Shown here: in pieces, positions 29,557 through 40,911 of the stretch
How the letters are laid out: each line of letters starts with the position of its first letter
How positions within the stretch are numbered: the first letter of the stretch is position 1
Program-made: the position numbers and the translations under genes
From: Nitrospirota bacterium
Lineage (GTDB): Bacteria; Nitrospirota; UBA9217
Assembly: GCA_963751455.1 (NCBI GenBank)
Contig: CAVVUN010000012.1
Span: 96,001-160,000 of the forward strand
Direction of reading: 5' to 3'
DNA length: 64,000 nucleotides
The notes under the pieces: generated by a model
The model's input: the letters and a program-made list of their open reading frames with translations, nothing else
Told to the model about the DNA's origin: nothing
Databases searched by the model: none

Positions 29557-31485
29557 ATGAACGCTTTGAAGATGTTCGGACAACAAGGGATCCTTTCGAG
29601 GGCAATGCCGGGGACTTACGAGCATCGGCCCCAGCAGTTCGAGATGGCCGAGGCGGTCGAAGCCGCGCTCGAAGCGAAGACGCATTTGATCGTGGAGGCG
29701 GGTACGGGCGTGGGCAAGAGCCTGGCGTATCTCGTGCCGCTGATCGTCTGGGCCAGGGACGCGAACCAGCGGGCCGTTGTGGCGACATATACCAAGGCCC
29801 TCCAGCAGCAGCTTGTCGGCAAGGACCTTCCGTTCCTGAAGAAAGTACTCGGCGATTTCCGGTTCGCCCTCTGCGTCGGAGGAGAAAACTATCTGTGCCT
29901 TCGCAGGTTCGACCAGCTCCGCATGGGCGACCTGTATGAGCAGGCCGAAGTGCGGCAATTGAACGGCCTGTTCGAGTGGTCAACCCGGACGCGGAGCGGT
30001 CTCAGGAGCGACCTCGAAATCGAACCGTCCGCCGGGCTCTGGTCCAAGGCCTGCCGGCAGGCAGACCTTTGCTTCGGCAAGGACTGCTCCTATCATAAAG
30101 ACTGCTTTTACCAGAAAGCCAAGGCCTTTGAACAGCAGGCGCATATTCTCGTCGCAAACCACCACCTCTTCTTCGCGGACATGGCAACCGGCAACAACGT
30201 GCTTCCGTTTCACAAGGTAGTGGTCTTTGACGAGGCGCACCAGGTCGAGGAGGTGGCAACCGACTACCTCGGAGTGGAAGTGTCCAATGCCTCGGTCCGC
30301 TACCTGCTCGACACCCTTCTCAGCCACCGTACCCGCAAAGGCCTGCTTACACGGTTGACAACGCAGGGAGCAGAAGTACAGATGCTCCGCGGCATGGTAG
30401 AGGGCCTCCGCGTCATCGCTGAAAACTTTTTTCTGAACCTCCACCCCTTCGTAAAGGATGAGCCCGTGCTGCGCCTCCGAAGGAAAGATATCGTACCGGA
30501 CATTCTGAGCGAGCCCCTTCTCGAACTCAGGGACACTCTTCTGGAACTCGTGGTGGAAACACATGAAGAAGAGCTCGAGGTCAAGGCCTTTGCGTCACGC
30601 GCGCAGGCGCTTGCAGGGGCTGTACGGATGAACCTCGGGCAGAAGGAGGAAGGCTTCGTATACTGGGCGGAACGCGAGAATCAGCGCTACCGGCTGGTCG
30701 CGTCGCCGATCGATGTGGCCGGCAGCCTCCGAGAGGACCTGTTCGGAAAAGCCGAGACAGTTGTGCTGACCTCCGCCACGCTTTCCACGGCAGGAAACTT
30801 CACATACATCCGTGACCGGCTCGGCCTTGACGCGCCCACAGAGCTTCTCCTCGATTCCCCCTTTGATTTCGAGAACCAGATGATGCTTTATATCGCCCCT
30901 GGTCTTGACGACCCCCAGGCCGGGGACTACGCCAATAAGTTCTCTTGCGAGCTGTCAGGACTGCTTTCCGTAACGCACGGAAGGACCATGGTTCTGTTCA
31001 CCAGCTACGGGCAGCTCAAACGGACCGCGGAAACCTTGAGAAGCGAAATGCCGCACCTCGCAATTCTCTGCCAGGGAGAGATGCCGGCCTACCGCTTGAT
31101 CGAGCAGTTCAAAACCGTTCCGAACGGCGTACTCCTCGGCACCGCGTCCTTCTGGCAGGGAATCGATATCCCGGGCGAAGCGCTCCAGTGCGTGGTGATC
31201 GCAAAACTTCCCTTTGCCGTGCCGGACGATCCCATTATCGAGGCAAGAATGGAGCGGCTCAAAAACCCGTTCTTCGAGTACCAGGTCCCGCAGGCAACGC
31301 TACTCTTCAGGCAGGGTTTCGGCAGGCTGATTCGTACAAAAACGGACAAGGGCTGCGTTGCAGTTCTCGATTCACGGATTACAACTAAGAACTATGGCAG
31401 GTCGTTTTTGAAGTCGATCCCGAAGTGCAGGATAACGGATGAGAGAGAAGAGTTCAGGAAATTTTTCGAGGGGCTGAGGAAGTAA
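29557..31485 (+). CDS. DinG/YoaA-family ATP-dependent helicase
   Basis: EAGTGVGKS, Fe-S cysteines, DEAH, LTSATL, FWQGIDIPG, QGFGRLIR. Confidence 0.95.
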   Translation: MNALKMFGQQGILSRAMPGTYEHRPQQFEMAEAVEAALEAKTHLIVEAGTGVGKSLAYLVPLIVWARDANQRAVVATYTKALQQQLVGKDLPFLKKVLGDFRFALCVGGENYLCLRRFDQLRMGDLYEQAEVRQLNGLFEWSTRTRSGLRSDLEIEPSAGLWSKACRQADLCFGKDCSYHKDCFYQKAKAFEQQAHILVANHHLFFADMATGNNVLPFHKVVVFDEAHQVEEVATDYLGVEVSNASVRYLLDTLLSHRTRKGLLTRLTTQGAEVQMLRGMVEGLRVIAENFFLNLHPFVKDEPVLRLRRKDIVPDILSEPLLELRDTLLELVVETHEEELEVKAFASRAQALAGAVRMNLGQKEEGFVYWAERENQRYRLVASPIDVAGSLREDLFGKAETVVLTSATLSTAGNFTYIRDRLGLDAPTELLLDSPFDFENQMMLYIAPGLDDPQAGDYANKFSCELSGLLSVTHGRTMVLFTSYGQLKRTAETLRSEMPHLAILCQGEMPAYRLIEQFKTVPNGVLLGTASFWQGIDIPGEALQCVVIAKLPFAVPDDPIIEARMERLKNPFFEYQVPQATLLFRQGFGRLIRTKTDKGCVAVLDSRITTKNYGRSFLKSIPKCRITDEREEFRKFFEGLRK

Positions 31486-31509
31486 GTATAGCGGTTTCGT
31501 TGTTTTTAA

Positions 31510-31576
31510 TTATAACGCGCGCCTGAAGAGCCGGGCGGGCTTGATCGCCCGGCCTCTTTCGAGCCGCAGGTTGGCA
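31510..31576 (+). other. Isolated attC-like site
   Basis: TTATAAC ... GAAGAGCCGGGCG-GGCTTGAT-CGCCCGGCCTCTTTC ... GTTGGCA. Confidence 0.65.
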
Positions 31577-31582
31577 GTGCGG

Positions 31583-31888
31583 TTAGGCGGTTTTCAGCGT
31601 CAAGACACGCACTTCTTTCTGAAGACGTAATTCAAGTTTGTCTTTTTCCATTTCAAGGTCGTAGCGAGCCTGAAGATTGAGCCAGAAACGCTCAGAAAGG
31701 CCGAAATAGCGGGAAAGCCTCAGCGCGGTATCAGCGGAAATTGAACGTTTTCCCTGCACGATTTCATTGATACGGCGAGGCGGGACGCTGATGTCCTTGG
31801 CGAGCCTGTATTGACTGATACCCATGGGTTCCAGAAATTCTTCAAGCAAGATCTCTCCAGGATGGATGGGCGGCATTTTTTTTCTCAT
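31583..31888 (-). CDS. higA: HigA antitoxin
   Basis: PIHPGEILLEEFL...SQYRLA...FWLNLQARYDL. Confidence 0.95.
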   Translation of the reverse strand: MRKKMPPIHPGEILLEEFLEPMGISQYRLAKDISVPPRRINEIVQGKRSISADTALRLSRYFGLSERFWLNLQARYDLEMEKDKLELRLQKEVRVLTLKTA

Positions 31889-31897
31889 AATTCGCTC

Positions 31898-32179
31898 CTA
31901 ATGATAATCGGTAATCTCAACATCGTAGGCATCCCCTAGATGCCATCGAAAGCATATTCTCCATTGATCGTTGATTCGTATGCTGTGCTGCCCTTCGCGG
32001 TTACCGGAAAGCTTCTCCAGCCGATTGCCCGGCGGCACCTTCAAATCCTCAAGACGATCCGCCGCATCCAGATAGAATAGTTTTTTCAAAGCTGTACGGC
32101 GGATATCCGGCGGGATTTTCGATGAAGGCTGTCTATTGAAAAGCTTTTCTGTTTCCTTTCCACGGAAGCTTTTTATCAT
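31898..32179 (-). CDS. higB: HigB toxin
   Basis: MIKSF...DLKVPPGNRLEKL...HSIRINDQWRICF...DVEITDYH. Confidence 0.95.
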   Translation of the reverse strand: MIKSFRGKETEKLFNRQPSSKIPPDIRRTALKKLFYLDAADRLEDLKVPPGNRLEKLSGNREGQHSIRINDQWRICFRWHLGDAYDVEITDYH

Positions 32180-32213
32180 CCTTGATGATAACGCAATGCG
32201 TTATTATTGTCAA
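32180..32213 (-). promoter_or_regulatory. higBA promoter with operator, leaderless
   Basis: Minus strand TTGACA-17 nt-TATCAT-5 nt-ATG; perfect palindrome ATAACGCA-A-TGCGTTAT at 32188-32204. Confidence 0.8.
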
Positions 32214-32530
32214 GCGTTATCATCGAAAACGTCCACAGACAGGCAGGGATGATGCCGCGGAACACTGGAGGAAAGCGCACTTAGCAGTTACATCACGTCG
32301 CAAGTTGCAGTTAATCAAAGCAATCGGTTCAAAATGAGTCACAAAACCGTCAAGGCAGAGCATGGAGTATCTGAAGCGATGAAAATCTTTCTCAATGTGC
32401 AGCAATCCGGCATATTATTAATATTTATAAATGTATTGATATTTCTCACAGCGTATGGAACATAAAAAATGATATATTTGGCCTAAGGTATCCAATTGTT
32501 TTCTTAAATAAACATCAGGAGGTAAACGTC

Positions 32531-32905
32531 ATGAAAGCAATAAGCCTTTTAGAGAAAAAAAACAACGAGATCATATCCCTTGGCGGCGACAACTCTGTCG
32601 AAGAGGCCATATGGTTAATGCACAACAAGAAAATCAGCGCGATTATGATAATGGATGACGGCAAAGCTTCCGGTATTTTTACAGAAAGGGACGTTGTAAG
32701 AGCCTACATATCCAAGAACGGGAAAAAGTTCAGGGAGATCAATCTAAAAGATGTAATGACAACAAACCTGAGTGTTGCCCAGCACGATGACCCCGTCGGT
32801 GACATCATGTCCATAATGCTCCGTAAAAGCATAAGGCATATGCCCGTTGTCCAGGACGGCACCGTCATAGGGATGTTGTCAATGCGCGACGTTATCGGGC
32901 TGTAA
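32531..32905 (+). CDS. CBS-domain protein
   Basis: GIFTERDV, IRHMPVV, GMLSMRD. Confidence 0.9.
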   Translation: MKAISLLEKKNNEIISLGGDNSVEEAIWLMHNKKISAIMIMDDGKASGIFTERDVVRAYISKNGKKFREINLKDVMTTNLSVAQHDDPVGDIMSIMLRKSIRHMPVVQDGTVIGMLSMRDVIGL

Positions 32906-33015
32906 TAATAGCCTCTGCTAAACCACTTAACTACTCGACCAGAGTAGTTTACTTATCAATCTACCTGCCGCCTTTTTCGCAGGTTGAAACCTGCGGCTTA
33001 CCGGTTTTGAATGGA

Positions 33016-33681
33016 TCACTTCAGTTCGTCTTGCAGTGTTTCAGCCGCGATCTGCTCAAGTGAGATGCCGTAATCGTTTTGCAGAGCGCGCAGAAAAGAC
33101 TTCGCCGTTTCTGTGGCCTGGTCGAAGCGACGGAGAAAAGCCGGGTTATTCTTGTAGCGCTCGGCGATGGAACTGCATCGTTCCGCGAGCGTGGTCGCAC
33201 GGTCCAACTCAACCATCCCGTCTATCAGCGGAATCAGCTGTTCTTCGAGTGTCTGCGGAATAAAATCTCGTTCCGGAAGGCCGTGAAGAACCGCTTCCTG
33301 CTTAGGCATCCCGCAGAGCACATGAGAAGCGCAGATGAACGCTTCACGGTGATGGCCGAGCTCTGACAGAAGACGGTAACCCTCAACACCGTGCAGAATA
33401 GGATCGTGAGTTTTATAGCGGCCTATATCATGCAGGAGCGCTCCGACCGTTAGCAAGCGAACATCGATTTCCCGCCTTTTTGCGATCAGGCCTCCCACCC
33501 GTTCTGCAACGCGAGAAACAGCCACGCAGTGCCTGATCCAGGGTGCGTTGCTGCCGTATCTGTTTAAAAGGTGTGATGCTTCTTGATGTGTGAGCACCGA
33601 GTTACTCTCCTGTCGGAAATTACCAAGGTTTTCCGCAACACCCTCATGTGGAATAACTGCATTTAGCCGGCAGATATGCAC
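33016..33681 (-). CDS. HD-domain (HDIG) phosphohydrolase
   Basis: HCVAV, ALLHDIGR, HGVEG, PQTLEE; start uncertain. Confidence 0.82.
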   Translation of the reverse strand: MHICRLNAVIPHEGVAENLGNFRQESNSVLTHQEASHLLNRYGSNAPWIRHCVAVSRVAERVGGLIAKRREIDVRLLTVGALLHDIGRYKTHDPILHGVEGYRLLSELGHHREAFICASHVLCGMPKQEAVLHGLPERDFIPQTLEEQLIPLIDGMVELDRATTLAERCSSIAERYKNNPAFLRRFDQATETAKSFLRALQNDYGISLEQIAAETLQDELK

Positions 33682-33809
33682 AAAATTCGCATGAAAAAAT
33701 AAGCTTTTTGAATCTTGCCTGCAGCTAACGTCCCAGACTTCGAATCCTCCTCGTGGATTCTTGACAAAAACTATTTACTTCGTCAGGTTATCAGCCTGAA
33801 GTTTTTTTG

Positions 33810-35450
33810 TCAAGACCCGGCCTTACCGAAGAACGCGGCGTGATTGGATGTGAACACCGGAGGATCCTTTTTAATTATCCCGGAAACCGCTGCATGCCGT
33901 TTGAATTCAGTTTCGAGGAAATGCCGGACCAGTTTCCTGTCCCACCCCCGGGGATGCTTGAAGCCGGTATAGAGCGAAAGATCCCCTTCATAAAACTGTT
34001 CAGTCTCATATTCCGCTGATTCAATTCCGCACGCAGGCATATTGAAGATAGCGAGGTTCAGAAAGGAAACCGCTTCCCGGTGCCCGACAATAAATTCCAG
34101 CGTTTTACGTGCTTCATGAATGGTTTCTACGGGTGTTCCAAAGAGAAGATAAATATATGTAGCAATGCCCGCCTGATGCAGGTTTTTCAAAACTTTGGAC
34201 ACAGTCTTCAGATTGATCCCCTTCTGCAACCCGTCAAGCACTCCCTGGTCTCCTGATTCCAATCCAAGCTTCAGCATCCGGCATTCCGATTTTTTCAGCG
34301 CCATGCAATAATCGAGGTCCGTTAAATCGTGATGTATCCGGGCGAAGCCGTACCAGGGGACGCCGACCGGTTTTTCCGCGAGCGAGCGCATAAGAGCGGG
34401 ACTGATTGAGCTGTCGAGCAAATGGATCATGACCGTTTTTGTTCTCTGTGTAAGAGCATTCAGATCGGCCATCGCATTTTTGATGGAAACAGCGACATAG
34501 GGGTTCCCTTCCGCCGGTTCCGGACAGAACGAGCACTTGTTCCAGTAACAGCCGCTCGATCCGCTGTAAGGAAGAATAAAGCCCGGAGACAGATAGTCCT
34601 CAAGAGGAAGGGAATCATAAACGGGTAAATAGTGATTGTGCTTCACGTCACTGACACCAAGCAGGGACAGCAGCGGCCCCTCACCCGGGCCTGCAACCAG
34701 ATGGTCCACAAGGCTTCCGAACGGATTTTTCCAGCCGGGTCTTTTCATCCATGACGTTATCAGTCCTCCGCCCAGCACGATTTTGATGCCGGGAAATTCT
34801 TTCCTGATAAAACCGATCATCGCGAAAGTGCATAACGCCTGGCTCAAATAATTGAGCGAGAAGCCAATCAGACGCTCCGCGCGTATTGGATTTTCTTTGC
34901 AGTCTTTGCCTGCACCCAGTCGTTTACGAGTGCGCATGCGCGAGTGCAGGGCGCGGCTTTGCGCGAGACAGCCTTTATCAACAAGTTCCGGCAGCCGCTT
35001 CTTGAAAAAAGGGTAAAAAAAATTCTTCTCAGGATGCTCCGCCGCATTCATCAGATCGCTGCTTTTTACCGGGGACAAGGCCTCATCCTGGTAATCCGCC
35101 AGGCCAGCGACAACACTTCCCTCGTTTCCCGATATCGCGAGAACCCGGTTTACGTCCATTACTGCCCTGCTGTACCGGTCGAATGATTGATACGTCAGGG
35201 GGTCCCGGAGCGCTGAAATATTTTTCGATATATTTTTAACTGCTCTTCGGGTCCAGGTATCCGGCGCAGTGAGCGGTTGATTCAGAAGGTAAAGCAGTCC
35301 CTCAAGATTCATATCACCGACAGTACAGGAAATGCCGTGAGCATTGAGCGCGCCTGCGAGTTTCGCTATGCCGGCAGGAGGTTCGCTCGGTTTTACTACA
35401 GGAGGAAAGATCAGAAGCATGGAGACATTATGCCGGATGCGGAACGGCAT
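33810..35450 (-). CDS. B12-binding-domain radical SAM protein
   Basis: LLIFPP N-terminus, IVLGGG, CYWNKCSFC, LGLESGDQ. Confidence 0.88.
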   Translation of the reverse strand: MPFRIRHNVSMLLIFPPVVKPSEPPAGIAKLAGALNAHGISCTVGDMNLEGLLYLLNQPLTAPDTWTRRAVKNISKNISALRDPLTYQSFDRYSRAVMDVNRVLAISGNEGSVVAGLADYQDEALSPVKSSDLMNAAEHPEKNFFYPFFKKRLPELVDKGCLAQSRALHSRMRTRKRLGAGKDCKENPIRAERLIGFSLNYLSQALCTFAMIGFIRKEFPGIKIVLGGGLITSWMKRPGWKNPFGSLVDHLVAGPGEGPLLSLLGVSDVKHNHYLPVYDSLPLEDYLSPGFILPYSGSSGCYWNKCSFCPEPAEGNPYVAVSIKNAMADLNALTQRTKTVMIHLLDSSISPALMRSLAEKPVGVPWYGFARIHHDLTDLDYCMALKKSECRMLKLGLESGDQGVLDGLQKGINLKTVSKVLKNLHQAGIATYIYLLFGTPVETIHEARKTLEFIVGHREAVSFLNLAIFNMPACGIESAEYETEQFYEGDLSLYTGFKHPRGWDRKLVRHFLETEFKRHAAVSGIIKKDPPVFTSNHAAFFGKAGS

Positions 35451-35630
35451 GGCAAGTTGTTAGTGCAAAATAACATTTTCTGTTAATTGAAAATGCAATC
35501 GACCGCCGTTCCCATTTTGCGAAATACTTGCTATAATTATTCTGCTGCAGGTCAATAAGTTGCGCGCTAGTGTAGTGTCTCACAAACGACTGGCTGTTAT
35601 CATAGCGCGGCAGTAGGCCGCAGCCAAACT

Positions 35631-35697
35631 TGTAGGGCAAGGCTTTAGCCTTGCTGAAAGCGCCGGAACAGCAGCAACCCTAAAGGGTCGCCCTACA
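35631..35697. repeat. REP-like palindrome pair
   Basis: TGTAGGGCAAGGCTTTAGCCTTGC ... GCAACCCTAAAGGGTCGCCCTACA; related halves at 29402-29424 and 32977-33002. Confidence 0.7.
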
Positions 35698-35791
35698 AAT
35701 TCATCAGCAAATATTTATGCGAAGATAAATTTTCGATGAGAAATCATCATATAACACCGTCCATTTAAGAGACACTACGCTAGGAGCGGCG

Positions 35792-36382
35792 ATGGATCAC
35801 TTCAGAAAAATGGAACAATATGAAATATTGAAAGCTTCAGCATCGGCATCCCCTCTTTCCATCGCCAAAAGGAACAACGTTGAACAACGCTGGTCAGGGC
35901 AAAAAGCCCATAATTTATGGCAGCATGCAAAGAAGTATTTCTATTACAGGAATGACAACCCAAGAGCCGCTTTCTTATGCAAGCGGCTGATCGATCAGTA
36001 TGCGATGACACAGGAAGCAGACGATGCAAAGCTTCTGCTCCATGACATCAGGATTGAAATTAAAAAACTGACGGAAGACTATGACAATAAGCCGGCTGCC
36101 GAAAATCAGGAAAGCGTCCGAACGCAACAGGCAGCGGCTGTTTCACTGCTGGCGAATAGCCGGACGAAATTTTCCATAGCCACGGCTGTTGTGGTGATTC
36201 CGATCATCGGGATAGCGCAAGGCGGCGTTGTAGGGATAGCAGCAGCTGAGTTGCTTACTTTATTAGCACTGGCCTTTGTTTTCTGGATAGATGCAGTGAT
36301 CAGATTTTTTTTGAAAAAGATAATAATCTCTTGGCGGAGCCTCCTGAAACGTGCTGACTACCGGCTCTGGCCTGTTGACTGA
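35792..36382 (+). CDS. Hypothetical membrane protein
   Basis: RBS AGGAG; 196 aa with two C-terminal hydrophobic segments. Confidence 0.6.
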   Translation: MDHFRKMEQYEILKASASASPLSIAKRNNVEQRWSGQKAHNLWQHAKKYFYYRNDNPRAAFLCKRLIDQYAMTQEADDAKLLLHDIRIEIKKLTEDYDNKPAAENQESVRTQQAAAVSLLANSRTKFSIATAVVVIPIIGIAQGGVVGIAAAELLTLLALAFVFWIDAVIRFFLKKIIISWRSLLKRADYRLWPVD

Positions 36383-36432
36383 TCGAACGCCGCCGATCAT
36401 AATTAACCCACCTCTTTTTCCCAATATATAGT

Positions 36433-39400
36433 TTAAGCAGCCTTTTTCTGGACGGGGCTTTCTTCAGCAACGGCCGCATCCCTCTCGCGGTCCTTGCTGT
36501 GATCGCGGGCAATCAGCATATATATAGAAGGAACGACGAAGAGCGTGAAGAGAGTTCCGATGAACAAGCCGCCCACCAGGACTATGCCGATCGAGTTGCG
36601 GGCCTCAGCGCCGGCGCCGGACACGAGCGTCAGCGGAAAGTGGCCTGCGATGGTCGCGGCAGTGGTCATCAGAATAGGCCTGAGGCGGGTCAGGGACGCT
36701 TCACGCACGGCATCGAGCTTGGCAAGGCCCTGCAGTTGGAGCTTGTTGGCGAACTCGACGATAAGGATGCCGTTCTTCGATACCAGCCCGACCAGGGTCA
36801 CCAGCCCGACCTGAGAGTAGATGTTGAGGCTGGTGGTCCAGCCGCTGGTCCAGAACGGCACATTCGGGTCGGGCATCTTCAGAAAGGTGAAGATGAGCGC
36901 ACCGAAAATCGCGAGCGGCACCGAGCCGCCGAGGATGACGAAGGGGTCGCGGAAGCTGTTGAATTGGGCCGCAAGCACCAGGAAGATGAGGACGATTGCG
37001 AGGGTGAACGCGGGAAGGAACTTATACCCCTCGGTGCGCAACTGGCGCGACTCGCCGGTGTAGTCGATGACGTACCCCTGGGGGAGGACCTTCGCTGCCT
37101 CGTCCTCCAGGAAACGCAGGGCTTCGTCCAGCGGCCGCACTGCCACGCCGCTGATCTTGACCGCGTTCAGCTGCTGGAAGCGGTTGAGCGAACGGGGAAC
37201 TACGCTCTCGCGCAGGGTTGCGACGGTTGAAAGCGGCACCAGCTTGCCGTTGGGACCGGTGACGTAGATCTCCTTGAGCTGGTCCGGGGTGAGGCGGCCG
37301 GTGCGCTGGATCTGGGGAATGACCTTGTAGCTCCTCCCCGCTATGTCGAACCGGTTGACGAAGTCGCCGCCGACCATTCCCCCAAGGTCGGCGCCGATCT
37401 GTGCCAGGTTGAGACCGAGGGCAGCGACCTTGTCGCGGTCAATGATGAACTCGGCCTGGGGCTGGTCGATTTTGACGTCGATTGTCGGCGGGAAAGCGAA
37501 CAGGTTGCTTTCCATCGCCTTCTGCTGAAGCTTCTGCGCGACTTCCAGGATCTGCCCGGTTTCAGCGGTTGAGGCCAGGACGAACTCCACCGGGAACTGG
37601 CCGCCGCCGGGCAGGGCCGGTGGAGTAACCGGGAATATCTGGATGCCGGGGATCGCCTGCAGTTTCTGCTGCACCTCCGGCATGATCTCGAAGATGTCCG
37701 CTCGCGTTCATCCCATGGTTTGGTCACCATGCCGCCGAAGCCGGTGCTGGGAAACGTGATCTGGAAGGTAAACTCGGTCTCGGGCACGCTCAGGAAAACC
37801 TTGTTGACCGCTGCCGCGTATCGGCTGGTCTGGTCGAGGGTCGAGTCGGCCGAGGCTTCAAGGATGCCGAAGATGACTCCCTGATCTTCCAGGGGCGCCA
37901 GTTCCTTTGCGGACATGATGAACATCGGTATGGTGAGCAGGCTGACGACGATCCATACCGTGTAAACCGCCGGACGCACGCGCAGGATGGCATCGAGCCG
38001 GCGTCCATACGCGTCCCTGAGTCGCTTGAAGTCGCGTGAAATCCGTGCGGGCCAGGCCGCGCTCTTCAACGCCGGGCTTGAGCAGCCTGGCGGACATGAC
38101 CGGAGACAGGGTGAGAGCGACTATTCCGGATATGGTGACTGCTCCGGCCAGGGTAAAAGCGAATTCGCGAAAGAGCGATCCGGTAAGCCCTCCCTGAAGT
38201 CCGATCGGAACATAGACCGCTGCCAGGGTGATGGTCATGGCTATGATCGGCCCGACCAGTTCGCGCGCGCCGAGCAGGGCCGCCTCCCGGGCGGATTTCC
38301 CCGTGCTCATGTGGCGCGCCACGTTCTCCACCACCACAATGGCGTCGTCCACCACGAGGCCGACCGAAAGCACGATTGCCAGCAGGGTGAGAAGGTTGAC
38401 GGTGAAGCCGAAGACCTGCATCAGAAAGACGCCGCCGATAAGCGACACCGGGATCGCCACGACCGGAACGATTACCGTACGAAAGGAGCCGAGGAAAAGG
38501 AAAATGACGATCATGACGATCAGCAGCGTGTCGCCGAGCGTTTTAAGCACCTCGTGGATGGCGTTGTTGATGTAGTCGGTCGCGTCGTAGGCCACACGCG
38601 CCTGCAAGCCGCTCGGCTGGTCCCTCTCAATTGCCGCCATCTCGGCCCGCACGCTCTTGATAACGTCGATGGAATTGGCGTTGGGGAGCGCCCAGATCCC
38701 CATGAAGACGGCCGTCTCCCCCGAAAAGCGGACCTCGGCATCGTAGTCTTCGGCGCCCAGCACCACGTCTGCGATTTCTCCCAGGTGCACGATCGCGCCG
38801 TCCTGCTCGCGCACTGCCAGGCGCTTGAACTCTTCCACCGTGCTCAGGTTGGTATTCGCCGTCAGGTTGACCTGGATGAGCGCGCCCTTGCTCCTTCCCA
38901 CGGCAGCCAGGAAGTTGTTCGCAGCCAGCGCCTGGCGCACCTGGGCCGGACTGATGTTCAGGGCCGCCATCCGCTCGGGGTTGAGCCAGATCCGCATGGC
39001 AAACGTACGGGCGCCGAGAATGTCGGCCCGCTGCACACCGGCGATGGCCGACAGGCGGGGCTGGACTATGCGCACCAGGTAATCGGTGATCTCGTTCTGC
39101 TGCAGGATATCGGAGGTAAAACTCAGATAGGCCGAAGCAAACTCGCTGTCTGCCGACTCGATGTTGATCGTCGGAACTTCAGCTTCAAGAGGCAGGTCGC
39201 GCCGCACCTGGTCGACCTTGGAGCTGATCTCGGCAAGGGCCTTGGTGGAGTCGTAGTTGAGCTTGAGGCGCACCTTGATGGTGGAAAGGCCCAGCGTGCT
39301 CTGCGACTCCATGTATTCGATGCCGTCTGCAGCGGCGATCGCGCGCTCGAGCGGCGAAGTGACGAAGCCGCGCACGAGATCGGCATCGGCGCCGACATAG

Positions 39401-39550
39401 ACCGTGGTCACGGTAACCGCGGCATTCTCGCTGCGTGGGTACTGGCGCACGTTCAGCGTGCGCGACAGCCTGCAAACCGGCGATGATGATGATCAGGTTG
39501 ATCACCAGCGCCAGGACGGGACGGCGTATGAAGAGGTCGGTGATTTTCAT
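36433..39550 (-). pseudogene. AcrB-family RND permease, at least three frameshifts
   Basis: MKITDLFIRRPVLA, GLVVDDAIVVVEN, KNGILIVEFA, RLRPILMT distributed over four ORFs. Confidence 0.9.
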
Positions 39551-39622
39551 AATCCTAAAACGCCTCGCGGCCTTTAAAATCTTTATGCCCAACAAAAAAC
39601 ACAAAACTAAAATCATGTGCTG

Positions 39623-39728
39623 GTCTCGCGCAAAGCCGCCAAGGCGCAAAGAAAACCTTCAAGTCCTAGTCTTGATTATAAAAAAAATTAAGTAGTCCTC
39701 TCTTTGCGACTTTGCGTCTTTGCGCTGA
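39623..39728. repeat. Periodic palindromic element (CGCAAAG family)
   Basis: TCTCGCGCAAAGCCGCCAAGGCGCAAAG ... CTTTGCGACTTTGCGTCTTTGCGCTGA, inside the efflux operon. Confidence 0.75.
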
Positions 39729-39790
39729 AAATCGATTTTGTCTTTGTTCTTGGTCAATCCCGGAGACTCAAGCTGCCTTCCAGCCAGCTG

Positions 39791-40911
39791 TCAGTTATTC
39801 TCGGGCGTCGGCGCTTTCCGGAAGTCCGGGGCCAGCGTATTGTCGACCACCGCTGACTCGCCGTTTCGCAGCTTGAAGACGCCGGTGCTGACCACTGTTT
39901 CTCCCTCCTTGAGCCCGCTCGTTACGGCCACGAAATCGCCGCGCTTTTGACCGAGGCGCACGAACTGCTGGCGCAGCACCTTCCCCTTTTTATCCGGAGC
40001 ATCCTCGATGATGAAGACCGAGTCTCCATAGGGGGCGTAAAGGACGGCCGTTGCGGGAATGGCGAGCACTGTCTGGCGTTCGGGGAGCTTCACCGCGACA
40101 TTGACGAACATGCCGGGGCGCAGGTTCTTCGCGCGGTTGGCCAGCTGTCGCCTGCAGCCTGATCTGGCGGGTTTCGGCATCGACAAGAGGGTTTATGGCG
40201 GTTATCCTTCCCTCCAACGTCTTCCCGGGCAAGACATCCTGGTCACCTGTACTGTCAAGCCCAGGCGCACTGACGATAGTTGCTGCTGGGGCAGGGTGAA
40301 GTCTATATAGATCGGGTCGAGGGACTGCAGCGTGACGATCGGATCCCCCTCCTTCAGAATCTGGCCCAGGTTGACCTGGCGTATGCCGAGATAGCCGCTA
40401 AAGGGCGCGCGGATCGTCTTCTTGGCGATAGTTGCTCTTATATCATCGGCTTGAGCCTCCGCCTGTTCGGCACTCACCACGGCATTATCCCGTATCGGCC
40501 AGAGAGATCAAGTTCTTCGCATACAACTGGCTGACTCTCTTCAGATTGATGCGTGCCAATTTCACCTGGGCCTCAATGCCGGGAAGCTGCGCCTTTTCGC
40601 TCGAGGTGTCCTGACGCAGCAGGATTTCCCCCTTCTTTACCGGTTTGCCCGCCTCGAAACGGATCTCGACCACTTTTCCCGCCAACTCGGCGGCTACGGT
40701 AACGCCCTGAACAGCGATCAGCGTCCCAACCGCGGTCAGGGCAGTCTCCCACGAATCTGTCCTTAACGACCGCGGAGGTCACCGTTTGCGGCGGCGGTAC
40801 GAAATTCTTGCCCTGATCGATCATCGCACCGATCTGCAAGGCCTTCACGGCGACGATAACGGCAATCAGAATCACCAGGCCGACAATCGTGAACATCAGA
40901 CGTTTCTTCAT
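39791..40911 (-). pseudogene. RND periplasmic adaptor (MFP), about four frameshifts
   Basis: Pieces MKKRLMF..., AGKVVEIRFE, IRAPFSGYLG, GRITAINP, LRPGMFV...SGLKEGETVV in different frames. Confidence 0.88.
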
